Of a stretch of 64,000 nt of DNA, positions 48,222 to 61,710 are shown piece after piece. The stretch spans positions 192,510,001 through 192,574,000 of the forward strand of contig CM097885.1 in the NCBI GenBank assembly GCA_044892525.1, given 5' to 3'. Each line of letters begins with the position of its first letter. Position 1 is the first letter of the stretch. The position numbers were made by a program, and so were the translations under genes. The DNA comes from Schmidtea polychroa (Eukaryota). The notes under the pieces are model-generated. The model was not told the DNA's origin. It did not search any database and saw nothing but the letters and a program-made list of their open reading frames with translations.

Positions 48222-48614
48222 CAGTGCTTTTTTTCTGGAAAAAAAGGTACCGGAACGTATTTGTACTATCTTTAATATGCAAAAAAAATGACGCTGAAAT
48301 TAGCTAACAAATAAAATAATTATGCAGGACACAAAATATACACTTATTACCGAGGACAGGAAATGATTTTAATGGCGTATATTTACCGTGAGCGTGTTTT
48401 ATATAATAGTAATAACACATAGGAAGCACGGAGTTATGATTCACTTGCTTTGGCGTACGACTACTACTTTTAATTTGATTGTAATTGACTATTTGAAATG
48501 TCAGAAATAGAAATATGACATTAAACCAAAACTTAAGTCAATTTTTTAAAATTATTCAGCGAAAAGAGGTGCCCGAACGCTGTTCTGGAGCGTTCCGTCA
48601 GGAAAAAAGCGCTG
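48222..48614. mobile_element. hAT MITE
   Basis: TIRs cagtgctttttt / aaaaaagcgctg; perfect TSD atagcaag. Confidence 0.92.
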
Positions 48615-49129
48615 ATAGCAAGTAAATTATGTTAAAATGTAATACAAAAATGAGAATGATCATATTAATTTTTTAAAATAATATATTTATAATTTGATAA
48701 AGGAATTTTATGATCAGTACCAATTATTTCCTATGTCAACAATACATTATTGATCAAAGGCGATCATTTTATGGAACCATGCCGTTTCACCTTACCTTAT
48801 TTATAATTTATGACCATCTCTGATCGAGATCATATAAATACGATATATAAACTTCCTAGATTCAAAACTTAATATAAACAAAATTAAGGACAGAACACAT
48901 TTACATGTCATATCCAATTTTTTTTTCATTTAGAAATAGTTTAATAACTATATAAACAAATATTTTTAGAATGATTTTAGTTAATTTATATTTTACATTC
49001 AAATATTTATTATAAATTTTATTATTATTACTAAACTTCATTGTTCATTATTTACAACACTTATTATCTCTTTGACTAAAATTTGTATTTTATACGTATA
49101 TCATTGCTGTATATATCATTATCACTGTA

Positions 49130-50396
49130 TATCTTTAAGATAAAGCGTGAGTCTTGCGAATGGAAAGTGACTGGAGAAAAGAATTCCAGGAAGATGAGAT
49201 TTGGAACATGTGATCGAAAATCATTGATGTTGACAATTTTTGGGATCAAAGTAGTATATCCTGTATGGATTTCGCTGGAAAAGGTATGTGAATTAATTTC
49301 ACTTACCACAACAACATTGTAAATACATGCAGGCGTAATCACCAAAAGCTACCGCCATCCAATGAGAATACGCGAGTATATTCCTTGGGTGGAGTCTTGT
49401 TTTTGTAAAAAAGATAATTGGCTATTTTTTTAATAGTTTGCGAACTCTCATATACGCTTTGCACTTTTTAAAATCTCACCACAAATTTCATTAACATAAC
49501 AAGAAAAATTTATATTTATATTAGATTCACGTCAATATAACTTTCGCAAAATATTTTAATGATAATTACCATTTTTTATGATTGACTATTTTTAGGTACT
49601 ACTTACTTTTTTACAATTTAATCTACTTTTCAAATATTTTTATCTCTTATTATTTCTTAACTGAAAGTAAAATGAAGTTGTTTGTATTTTATACTCTATA
49701 TAAAAATTAATCTAATTGTTTTAAATGATGATTTACTCGAAGAATGTATTTTATTCAATAAGTGGGATTCTTCAACTAAAACTATATTTAAGGATAATTT
49801 TGGGTACACGAAATGAATATCAATCCAATTATTTACTCAGTACTATTTTTTTAATTTAACTTTTTAATTTCGTGAACTGTATATTAATGCGCATTCTAAT
49901 TAAGAATTTAAATAGGAAATTTATTTTTCAACATTTTCAATACATTTTTTACAATAGATTGCACGTGTATACTCCCCAGGAGTGACGGTAGATAATTTCC
50001 CTCTATGGCTCCTCCAAGACAACGCCCCAATCCACAAAATCGCAGAAACCATGGCATTGTTTGAGAAAGGTGAATTTGTTCTTCCCTATAGTCTAGATCA
50101 TGCGCCCATCGACTTTTATCTATTCTGCTATATGAAGAATCATCTGCGAGGAAAAATATACCAAAATGATTCAGATTTGCATTAAGATGTGGAACCTTTC
50201 TTCAAAAATTAAGGACCAATTTTCGTCAAAAATGTCTTTTTAGAATTCTTGCATTGCTGGAGGAAGTGTGAAAACCACAATGGGTCTTATATTGAAAAAT
50301 AAAGCCTACATAACCTTATTGTTCTTATGTTAAAATATATCTTTCCTGTTGGTTTCCTTTGTCCTCTAATCCAGGTACTTATTGAAACGCACCACC
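49130..50396 (+). mobile_element. 3' half of a mariner element, split by about 580 bp of AT-rich sequence
   Basis: LMLTIF/WDQ..MDF at 49130-49400; LQDNAPIH, PYSLDHAPIDFYLF and NGSYIEK at 49990-50302; a mariner-type TIR tacttattgaaacgcaccacc|TA ends at 50396. Confidence 0.85.
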
Positions 50397-51111
50397 TATA
50401 AAAAACCAGTATTTGGCAATCAACATGAACCCGTAAAATTCAATTTTTTGAAAATTACAAAAATAATCAACTATTTGTAAGATAGAGAAAACAAATAATT
50501 TCACTTTTGAAATATGTTGCATGTGTTTTATTTTAATAATTATTTACATAAAGGCATTATTTTTAGATTATATTTGTATTTAAAACATTATAAAATTAAA
50601 TAATAAATTATATTTACATAGATTTACAAAAGGGAAAAGGAGAATTATATTCAGTTTGAAAGATTACAATATTATTTATGATTCGGATTAGATTGGAAAT
50701 GAATATTTGATAATCGAAAATTCATTTTGAATGAAATTGTTGGCGAAGGCTTTCAATTGTTAATCACATAATTTTTACTATTTACAATACGCTGCTACCA
50801 AGAAATCATGAATATTTATTATACTTATTTCTGTTATCAAAATAACTCTTTTAGCTTTAAGACAGTAATGGGGGAACTTTTCATCGAATGGGCCACATGG
50901 TCTAATTTCGATTTGAGTGCGGGCCAAAAAAATTATTTGTTAAAACATGAGTCATGCGATATTAATTTATATTTTTAATATGATACAATAATTAAGTCAA
51001 AACATTTTTGTTATTAAATATATTTTACACATATTTGTTATAAAAAAGAAGATTAAAATTAATATATTTTCATCTTGATGGCAGTTCCATACTGTTCAGT
51101 TCTATTCCATC

Positions 51112-51522
51112 CATGGGCGTCCGCAGGAATTTTTCCAAGGGGGGCAAAAATATTATTTTTACCAAGTAGACATTTTTTCTAGGGGGGGAAGGGAGTTGAA
51201 AAAAATGCATGTGTATAATAAATATTTGGGGCATAATACAAAATAGGACTTTCTTTCGTTTATTTACAAAATAGAACACTTTATTTATAACCAAAACGTC
51301 AGTTAATATTGAAAGTTTTATACAAATAAGATGATTTGAAATGATTGATTTCCAGATATAATTATATTAAAATAATAACTTAAAAAAAAGGAAGCCTATT
51401 TAAATTAAATTTTTTATTAATTTTTTTCTTGGGTTTTCCAACATTGTTTGAGCGCCTCTATTAAGATGTGTTTAAATTAATCAAAAAATTAATCACCCTT
51501 GCCCCCCTTGCAGACGCCCATG
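51112..51522. mobile_element. hAT MITE
   Basis: TIRs catgggcgtccgca / tgcagacgcccatg; TSD attccatc / attccata. Confidence 0.88.
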
Positions 51523-52771
51523 ATTCCATACTCTAAAAATACTACAAATAAATTTTTATTTTATTTAAAAAAAATCTTACAATTACTAAAATTACATTGC
51601 TCTTATTTTTTAGAAGAGGGTGAAAAATGAAATTGTGATTGCTATTCTATAATTTCATCGAAGTTAGGCTTCATTTGAGAAGAACTTATTCTTAAAATTG
51701 AACCAATGTGACTATCAGTAAGTCTATTTCGGACTGAAGTTTAAGACTTAACGTTTAAGAGAACCAACAACAATATTTTATTATATGACATGATATAAAT
51801 TATATCTATTTTAACACATTTTTATTTGATTAGAACTTGGCATCATTATCTGATACCTTTAAAAACCGTTTGAAAAGCTTATTTAAATTTTGATGCCAAT
51901 CTTTATAGCAGTTACATTAGTGAATACAGATAAGATTAAATCGATAAAGAGTGATATTAATAGAACATCTAAGAGAGTGATATATTGACTCATGTGATGA
52001 AAATAATATCAATCGGAATTAACCGAGAAAGAGAGTGAGAATTCCAACTGAAAAGATCATACTAGTGAACTTCAATCTAATATTTTATGAATTTCAATAA
52101 AACTTATAAAGATATGCATTTCATAAAATATCCTAGCAAATCTTTAAAATGTTTTGGAATTCCGGTTGAAGTTATAATAAACAGGAACACTCTGTATATT
52201 GAGAATGTTCCGTGGTCTATGCAAAGGGATCAATCGAACCCCATGTACAATTTCTTTATATTTTGTATGGAAAACGAACACAATTTTAATTTTTATTAAA
52301 ATTTTTACTAATTACAATAACATAATAAAATCTCCAACAAAAGATAATTAAACTTTAATAAATGAAATAAACAAAATATAATTAGGATACATAAAAATTA
52401 AATAGAATTTTAAATGAATTTTTTTTAGACCCGAATGCACAGAGTGAAGGTTAAACAAATAACTAATGAAGTTGATCATATAATTGAAATATATATTAAA
52501 TACAATTAAATGGCGTTTTCGTTTATTTATTATTTTAATATTATTAATTTAATTGTTATAATTGAGTATATAAATTTTAAAAAATAAAATGGAATTAAAA
52601 ATTAATAATTAACTAATATCTAACTCCAGATCACTAATCAATAATATTCCATAAATTATTAATCATAAATTATTAACCAATCAAATTTCATTTAAATCAG
52701 CCAATAAAACTAAATGGTTATTTTTATTATGATTGTTTTTAATATTCGTAATTCTGTTTCATGAAGACGTA

Positions 52772-53277
52772 ATGAAAGTTCTTCTGTGCTCTAAATTTTC
52801 TCGAACTTGGCTTTTTATTTGGCTTATCGGCATCAGTACATATCTCTCTGTGAAATCCTTGAAGAGATATCTGAAGATCAAATCATGGCAATTTGAAACA
52901 GTTGAAAACCGGGATTTCAATAATGGAATTTTGACAATGTATTTGACTTCGATAATTATTGGAATTTCGTCGTCTTTGTGTTGTGTCTTTTGTGTATTGG
53001 TCAAAACTGGAAATTATGCAAACGATTCAACAAAATTTGGACTCAAGTCCCTAGATTTCAAAACTCTAAGAATCAGGTTACATAGAGAAGAAATGGACAG
53101 CCAGTTTATTCAAGCCAATCGTCAAACACGTTCTCAATTCTGGATCAGAATGAAGCATCATTTCCCCGCTTTTTATTGCTGCTTTTACTTCATCATGAGT
53201 TTTTCTTTTATATCTGTTTTACCATATCTTGAATCGGAAGAAATTAGAATGGATTTAGAACATGAAAGTATGTTTAA
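52772..53277 (+). CDS. tinc: Tincar-like multi-pass membrane protein, N-terminal part, running into an N-gap
   Basis: TWLFIW..YL...KRY, VKTGNYANDSTKFG (compare Tincar FKVGNLANDGIKL) and LPYLESEEI align colinearly with the Tincar N-terminus as recalled. The sequence after the gap does not look coding. Confidence 0.75.
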
Positions 53278-53936
53278 NNNNNNNNNNNNNNNNNNNNNNN
53301 NNNNNNNNNNNNNNNNNNNNNNNNNNNNNNNNNNNNNNNNNNNNNNNNNNNNNNNNNNNNNNNNNNNNNNNNNNNNNNNNNNNNNNNNNNNNNNNNNNNN
53401 NNNNNNNNNNNNNNNNNNNNNNNNNNNNNNNNNNNNNNNNNNNNNNNNNNNNNNNNNNNNNNNNNNNNNNNNNNNNNNNNNNNNNNNNNNNNNNNNNNNN
53501 NNNNNNNNNNNAGATCATTATGAAAATATTTATGAGTTAAATATATTTTTTTTAAAAGAACTAGCTCGGGATTTTTTAAAATGTTAAGGAATTTAAAAAC
53601 ATAATCAAATCATTTTATTAAAAAAAATATTATTATTGTAATGAAAATTTGTACAATAAGCGAGTCGTTACAAAATATAATTAAAATATTTTTTATATTT
53701 CGATATAAGAAAATGATTAAAAATATGTTAAATTAAATTAAGTTTAAATATCAGAAATTTAAAATTGTATTTTTGAAAAACTAATAAACAAAGAGCTGAC
53801 ATCCAGGCGTCAAAAAATGGTCCCATCTCCCCTGTCTGTTATACTACCTGGTTGTAAATAATTACTACCATCCCAAATTTGGTTGTTATCTGTTTCTAGG
53901 TTAAAACCTTTATCACGAAGAAACATTATTGCAAGA

Positions 53937-54148
53937 CAGGCATGTCAAACTTGATTTGTACCAAGGACCACATAAGCTGATTTACATAAACTAGAGGGCC
54001 GTATAATTTCAATAATTAAAACTGAACCCAAAAAGTAGACATCTAAGATATTTATGAATGTTTCAAAATATACAAATTGTAAAATAAATTCAAGAATTCA
54101 CAGCATCCAAGAGTCATTTGTCGGTGGGTCGTGTTTTTAACATACCTG
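53937..54148 (-). mobile_element. hAT MITE (same family as 56410-56610, opposite orientation)
   Basis: caggcatgtcaaac ... ttaacatacctg; flanks ttgcaaga / ttgtaaaa. Confidence 0.75.
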
Positions 54149-54569
54149 TTGTAAAATAATAATTAGAATTGTTAAATACACGAAACAAAAATTATTTCTG
54201 AGCCTAACTTAAAAGAATATTTTATATTATGTTTTCATGATTTGTTTTAAATCGTGAAATTGGAGATTCAAACAAAATCATTTTTAAAATGATTTATTTT
54301 TCGTAAAATAGTAAACAACTTTTATAATTATAAGTTTAATATTTACATATTTTTAAGTAATTTTTTTCATAATTTCTAACTACTCCTGTTAACTAACTCT
54401 TATTAAGTTCACAAAACACAAAAATTTAAAATTTTTATCTTCATTAGTTAAAACAAATATAATTTCCTTTATTTTTTTTTCAACTATAGATTAATATTTT
54501 ATATTATTCACGAATTTTCGATACTTCATTTTTGTTTGATTATTTATTAATTGAAAAGAAACAAACGTG

Positions 54570-55210
54570 TAACTATTTAGAAATAATAAAAAGTCATTCA
54601 GATAAACAAGAAAATTTTATGTGGACGGTGTAAAATTTGAAATTATTTTGATGTTGACGATTATCGAGAATCATGCTGAAGCATTTGTAGCGTTTGATTT
54701 CTCATTCAATTTTATTTTAAATTTTTATTTTATTCTTTTGAAAAAATAATTTAAAAATGTCTGAATTTATTATTAATATACAAACAAGTAAATGAACAAT
54801 TCGTTCGTGGAGATCAACTGCCTGTAAAGCGCAGAAAATATATCACAGCAGATGTCAAGATCAGGAGAATTGTAGAGTTTCAAAGAACGAAACATCATCG
54901 ACTATCTCAGAGGACTTAGCATAATTTTTTGATAGATCCATGAACTGAAGGATTCCCATTGGAAAGTATTCATTAAACACTTTTCAAGGACTTTTATATA
55001 ATAAGTTTTTTCTCATTTTGTTTTATATATCTTTTAGTGAAAACTTTTGTTAGAGTATGTTTTTTTGCATTTTGATTTTTTTAATTTTCATTTTATGCAA
55101 ACAGGTGTATTTTTTACTTTTATTGAAATGTGAGTTTATGTTAAAGAGCGCCAAAATGTCCTGTACCAATAATGTCACACCAAAACAGTGGCGACAAAAC
55201 ATCACGTACA
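54570..55210 (+). mobile_element. Mutator transposase 3' remnant plus right TIR
   Basis: NHAEAF, KRRKYITADVKIRRIVE and ERNIIDYLRGL, then gcgccaaaatgtc units ending cacgtacag; related to 33617-34338. Confidence 0.8.
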
Positions 55211-56409
55211 GTGGCAACTTCTATTTTAAAGAAAATTATTACTGTTACTTCAATAGATCTTGATATCCACACCAATAATAAAGAAGTAGTCAATAGCTAC
55301 ATTAAAATATAGCTAACCAAAAATAGTTCCATAATTTCAATTTTTAATTCCTATTACATATGTTTATGAATCACGAGCAAGGCTGGATCAAGTATCAAGA
55401 TATGAGAATCTTTTAGGGATGAGAATATATAAAATACCATCTAATTAATTAATTATTAACAAATTTCTTTTCTATTAATTAATTAAAATATTTTATATTA
55501 TATTTATTATAATTTATATATATTATATAATTAAATGAAAAACATTTTTCATTGAATACAAATGTTAATTTGGAATTTAGAAATTTGAATAAAAATTGTT
55601 TTGTTTCAATCTACTCATTAAAAATTGTATCAATATCATCAATTTGGTAGATAAATGTATTATTATTTTATTATATTTTCCCAAGAAAATTAATTGACCT
55701 CAAATTTATCCATTAATTATTTTTTTCATTTTAATGATAAAATTAAAAAATATTGTTTGAACTATTTTTTGACTATTATAAGTACATTTAGAATTTTAAA
55801 AATTTACAATTTTGATATAAAGATCAGATACATTTTTAATTCTGAGATGTTTGAAGATTCAAATATAGTTAAGAATAAACTANNNNNNNNNNNNNNNNNN
55901 NNNNNNNNNNNNNNNNNNNNNNNNNNNNNNNNNNNNNNNNNNNNNNNNNNNNNNNNNNNNNNNNNNNNNNNNNNNNNNNNNNNNNNNNNNNNNNNNNNNN
56001 NNNNNNNNNNNNNNNNNNNNNNNNNNNNNNNNNNNNNNNNNNNNNNNNNNNNNNNNNNNNNNTAATTAATTAAACTTTTAATATTTCTTTTATGTTAATT
56101 ACAAATTTAAATCAATTTTTTTATGTAACATGAGTTTTCGGTAGAACTTTCAAGTGTAATGAATTGAAACTATAAATATTTTTTGGTCTGTAAATTTTAT
56201 GAGTTAGTAGTTTAAAATTTTCTTTGACTTATATCATTACTGTTCAATAAATATACGAAATATTATTGAAACGTTTCTTACCTACCTAATATAAGCTGAA
56301 GTCCCCAAAAGAAAAGTAAAATTATTAGTTTGACTGTACGTTGTTATTCAAATTTATTTGCAATCTTCATAATATTTTCAGCATTTATTCACAAGTTAAC
56401 CTTTTAAAA

Positions 56410-56610
56410 CGGACATGTCAAACACGCGGCTCGCCGACAAATGTGACTTTTTGGAATCCTTCCTATAATTTATATGATTTTGTATAAATATGAAATATCT
56501 TAAATGTCGATTTATTTTGGTTCATTTTTAAATATTAAAAATATTCGGCCATCCGGTTTATGTAATTTAGCTTATCTAGCTCGTGGTGCAAATCAAGTTT
56601 GATATGACTA
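56410..56610 (+). mobile_element. hAT MITE
   Basis: cggacatgtcaaac ... gtttgatatgacta; flanks ttttaaaa / ttttaaag. Confidence 0.75.
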
Positions 56611-57727
56611 TTTTAAAGTATAATACAAATTTACTAAGATTGTCTGACAGAACGTTTGTTAGGTTTTCAATTTAATTTCGATAGAATAACTATCTCCTTT
56701 GACACTTCGTGTTGCATAAAGAAGGCCCAAAAAATTATAAAATTCTATTGCCATAAAATCTTTGCATAAATATTTTCACAATTTCAGTCAATTATAACAA
56801 AAAATTCTTGAAATTAATACCGAGTTGACATACTACTTCTAAATCTGATTGGCAAACTTCACATATTCTACCTAACTCTTTGATTAAATGGGCAATTTTC
56901 ATTTTAAATTAATTAGTTTATATGATTCATTTTCCTGTGGCTTCTTTTAAGGGACGCCATTCAATCATATTTAATCATATACACGTCGATCGTTAATTTT
57001 ATGCTGGTCAAAAGTGGCTTTTAAGTATCATCTGTTTACAGTCTTCAATAAAAATGTATTTTTTTAGCATGTAATTCAATTAATTATTTTTAAATTAATT
57101 TTTTAAATTAACACCTCTTACTCATCCGCTTTTTCTTGTTTAATTTAAATAATATTATTTTTAAGAAATCCCAATATGTTGCTTAGACCAAAAAAGAGAG
57201 TATATGACATTCATGTTTGGTGCGGAGTCTTTAGAAGTTAATAAAGTTAATAAATCTATTATTTTACAGTCAATTGAAAAACCAAAAATAATTGACTAAA
57301 ATTATAATAAAACATAATAATCTTTTTTTTAATTTTTCTTTTCTTTATTATGACTAAAAACTAAAGTTTAAGGATATGATTGAGGTTAGGGTATAATATA
57401 TTGAAAAAATTTTGATGAGACAAAATATGACAAAATATGCCGGACTGGAGGTAAAACTGAGTTTAATTCCAATTAATATGATTTTGTTTATTCTATATCA
57501 GAAAATCTTAAAATAACGTTGAAATCTTACTACTTTCATCGGGGTTATAAATCTTTCAGGAGGAATCAAATATAATTCTGACTTCTTGGGTTTATTTAAA
57601 ATAATCATGATACAAAATTATTAAAATCTTATTTACAATAAACTTTCACCCAAAATCAGTTATTTCGCAACAAAACAATATTTTCAATAATAAATAATTA
57701 AACATACATGGCATTGATTTTATTATA

Positions 57728-57800
57728 AGAAAGCGCCACTCAAACATTTGTTTTATTTCGACAGTTTTCTTGTCATCATCATGCAGGATAGAATAACTAT
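57728..57800 (-). ncRNA. Degenerate copy of the Penelope-type hammerhead motif (probably inactive)
   Basis: Minus strand aUGAUGA u gaca-agaaaac-uguc GAAA; C3 is mutated and the UH site lost; flanks resemble 21680-21755. Confidence 0.55.
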
Positions 57801-58108
57801 AGAATTTATAGATTTTATTAACAAATTTATTAATTATATCTTTTATTTACTAAAATGTTTTTTGAATAACGCTTTTTTATAATTCTTAATAATAGTTGTG
57901 TTTTAAATATTATAACTAAATAAGTCTTCCAAAGAAAGGGTTAAATCTTTTTGCGATCTCCAAACATTTGAACATTATTTAATACCTTTTTATTTTTACA
58001 GTGGAAACTAGTTTCTATTCTTCACCTTGATATATGTAGATTTTTACATTCAAAGTCCACTGAATTAATTTGGAATAAAATAGGAAAGTTACCCATGTGG
58101 AATAGGAC

Positions 58109-58454
58109 CAAGCGCAACCAGGATTTTTGCTTGGAGGATTCAACTTGAAAAAAAATTTTTAAGGTCGAGTTCATTTTCAATATATAATACATGAGAAAAT
58201 AAAATATTAAGTATTTTTATATTCATTTTGGATAGGAATGGGGGTTAAATTCATTGTATTTACTAATAAGGGTACCGCTTATTTATTATTTAACTCTGCA
58301 GCTTATGAAATCTTATTATTCTGAGGACTTAGTAAGGTCTTTTGTAGTTAATCATTTCAAGTTATAATTTAGATAATTTCACTCATTAAAATTTGGCAAA
58401 TGTCAAAACTAAATTTAATGATTTTTTATGGTCTTGTCTGGAGGTGCGCGCCCA
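58109..58454. mobile_element. hAT MITE
   Basis: Perfect TSD aataggac (58101-58108, 58455-58462); ends caagcgcaaccagg / ctggaggtgcgcgccca. Confidence 0.8.
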
Positions 58455-59473
58455 AATAGGACTTTACAGTCTTTTCTATTAACTACTCATTCGGTGTCTA
58501 CTTTCTTGAAATTTTTGGCACTCGACATTTCTTAATTCTCGCAGACTTACAATAGAATCTAATAAAGAAATCGTAACGCAATTTCGGTCTTAACCTTTTT
58601 AGGAGCCAGAAGAACTTGTGGAGCAAGAATACGTTCCAGATTAAGTGTTTTCTGAAAAAAAGATTTGAACAATATTTATTTACATAAATGATGAAAGTAT
58701 TATCTGGAATACCTTGGTTCAATGGTTGTGGAAGGGTTAAGATGAATTTCAAATTACTGATTCAAATAAACAATGTTATATATTTTTAATATATATTTTT
58801 TATTATATATTATTTATTATGTTACATATTGTTTGTTAACATTTTTACATTTCTAAAATTTAATTTAAACTATTAAAGACGACAAATACATAATTTTTAT
58901 TTATACTCATTTAATTTCCACAATAATACTGGTAGCAAAATGTGGCTATTTTACTTTCGTTTGTTGTCGTTATTTATAGGAAAAATAAATTCATTTTATT
59001 ATTAATTATCTAATTAATTTTCGGTACAATTGTTTAATAAATGGCATTGAATATTTAAGCCATATTAAAAATAATAAATAATCATAATAATAATAAAAAT
59101 AACAATAATAAAAGTAATAATAATAATAAAATTAATAACAATAGTATTAATAATATTTTAAACAATTAAATGATAAATAAAGCCTTTTTCTGCGAATAAT
59201 ATATTTAATACAAATGAAAAAGTTTTCGACTATAAGATAGCCCTTTTCAATTTACTTGAATTTAGCTTCTTCTATTTTCAAAATGTTCTTTGATCTTTTC
59301 TTTTATTTCCTTTTCTTACTTCTAATTGGTTAAAAATAATAATGAACATTTTTCCTGAAGAATTTAAAATTAAAATTTTTTTTTTATTTTTTAATTAAAT
59401 ATCCTTTAAAATTCAAAACGAAATACTAAAAAAATAATGATTAAAAAAATATGCAATAACAGAAATAGAGAAA

Positions 59474-61710
59474 TTGAATGTAAACTTTGAAAATATATTA
59501 CATGCAGAAGACACCAGAGAGGTATTTGTATTGGCAGATGATTGGAAACAATCGTCGTATGCATCGGTAACAAGGAATAAAATTCCAGTAAGGCAGAATG
59601 TTCAACTATTGATTAGGCCATCAGTTCCAGATACTAACCCGAATGTCAGTAAAAAAAGAAGTTACGACAATTACGACAATAGACAACACTGAATAAAGAC
59701 GAAACTCAGAAAGTTTATTGGTTAATGAGAGACCCAATAGGCCGACGGTTTCTTTGAATCATATTACAAGGCGAGTTTACAACAAAGCGAAAGGATTACC
59801 GGAACCTTTACAATCCGGTCAATGTTACTGTTGTGGTGAATCAGGTCATATTCGGAACAATTGTCCTTTGAACAAGTACTGTTTAATATGCGGTAAAAAT
59901 GATCACCTTTTTAATAACTGCCCTTTATTAAGAAGTAATAATACAAGAAGAATTCTCTATATTCAAGAAGAAAATAATTTAGCAAATCTGACTTATTCGT
60001 ATGAAGACCTTCAGAATGATGTCACGTCGTAATCTGAAATAAATGAAATAGGATCGATTACAGGAGTTCATAGGGAAAATGGCAAAGACCGTCCTTTAAA
60101 CGAGATATGCTCCATTGCAAACATTTCGTCTGTGGAGTCGTTGAATTAAATGTGAAGAACACAAAAAACCGAAATGTTCTGATATTCAAGAAGACGGATG
60201 GAAGGTAGTGGAGTTTTGTTCAATGGTGTGGAATAGTGATTGAGATGTTGTGGGATAGGTGCGTCGGTGACGGTAATGTCAGAGGCCATATGGAGGAAGT
60301 GTGGCAGTCCAGTTTTAAAACCTTTAGATATGGCGCTCAGAGGGGAATTTGGAAATAAGCCGATATTATGCTTGGGGGACTTTACGACCTCAATTGCATG
60401 GAATGAATTGTGTCAGAAAGTGAATGTAATTGTGGTTAGGGATATAAGTCCAAGTTTTGTGGGTGGGATGAATTTGATTTTAGCTTTTAAAATAAAACTT
60501 GTGCCAGACACATCAATTGCATTAATAGATTCAAATACGGTTAGTGTTAGCTACAGTGATACCGAACGATGTCAAAAAGCACTGGATATTTTTGGACGAA
60601 ATTCATACCCAAAACTGGTGGAGTTGGTAATCATGTATAGTACAATCTTCATGGCATCAGATTTTGATCTAGGTTGTACTAGTTTGGTTATATACTATAA
60701 AATAGTTTGGAAATCTAATTATTCGAAATCATAGGCGCATGGCAATGCAGATGGAATCAAAAGTGGACGATATGATTATGAAATTATTGAAAATGGGCAT
60801 TACCAAGAAATGCCAAAGCCCATGGAACTCACCTACGGTCATGGTAGGTAAGAAATACGGATCAATCAGGATGTGTCAACATTTTAGGAAGGTTAATGAA
60901 GTTACTGAAAAATTCAGTTTTCCAATGGCAGATCCCCAAACAATATTCGATTCTTTGTCCGGATCTTCAGTTTTCAAGTGAATTAAATCAGCAGGATTAA
61001 GGAACAATCCTAAGAAGTGTAGTTTTTATAAAAGTGATTTGATATTCTTTGGCCTTCGAATTTCAGCAGAAGGAATATCCACGAATAACAATTTGATAAA
61101 GAAAATTATTAGGGCTGAAATACCGAAATGCAGCAAATAACTACGTTCATTTTTGGGATTAACAAATTATTATCGCAAATTTGTTCCAAATTTTGCTGAA
61201 ATAGCCAAACCATTGTATGAAGCCTCAAAAGGGACATAAAAAAGATATTAAATGGAATGACAAGTGTCAAGAAAGTTTCCAAAAACTTAAACAGCATTAT
61301 CGAGTGCACCAATATTGGCGTTTCCAAATAAGGTCGATTACTTTATTTTGGATACTGACGCGTGTTTTAGTGGAATTGGTGCTGTTCTAAGTCAAGTTCA
61401 AAATGGTTTTGAAAAAGTCATAGCATATGTTTCAAGACTTTTAAGTGCTTACGAGAAAGGATACTGTGTAACTAGAAAAGAACTATTAGCAATATACGAG
61501 TACGTCTTATATTTTCGGCTTTATTTATATGGAAAAAAGTTTGATATACGTACGGATCATAAGGCTTTAGAGTTCTTAAAATCAACTTCGAAACCAATAA
61601 GTCCACAATTCCAAACATGGCTGAGTGAGTTGTCAGGTTATGATTTTGATTTAAAATATAGGAAGGATGAAAATCATAACAACGCTGATGGACTATCGAG
61701 GATATTTATA
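59474..61710 (+). mobile_element. Decayed Ty3/Gypsy internal region (gag with 2 CCHC knuckles, protease, partial RT, RNase H); no integrase or LTR seen
   Basis: CYCCGESGHIRNNC and CLICGKNDHLFNNC; GASVTVMS; SPWNSP..GSIRMC..FRKVN; [14 protein letters not shown]; TDAC..GIGAVL, ELLAI, TDHKAL and ADGLSR. Confidence 0.93.
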
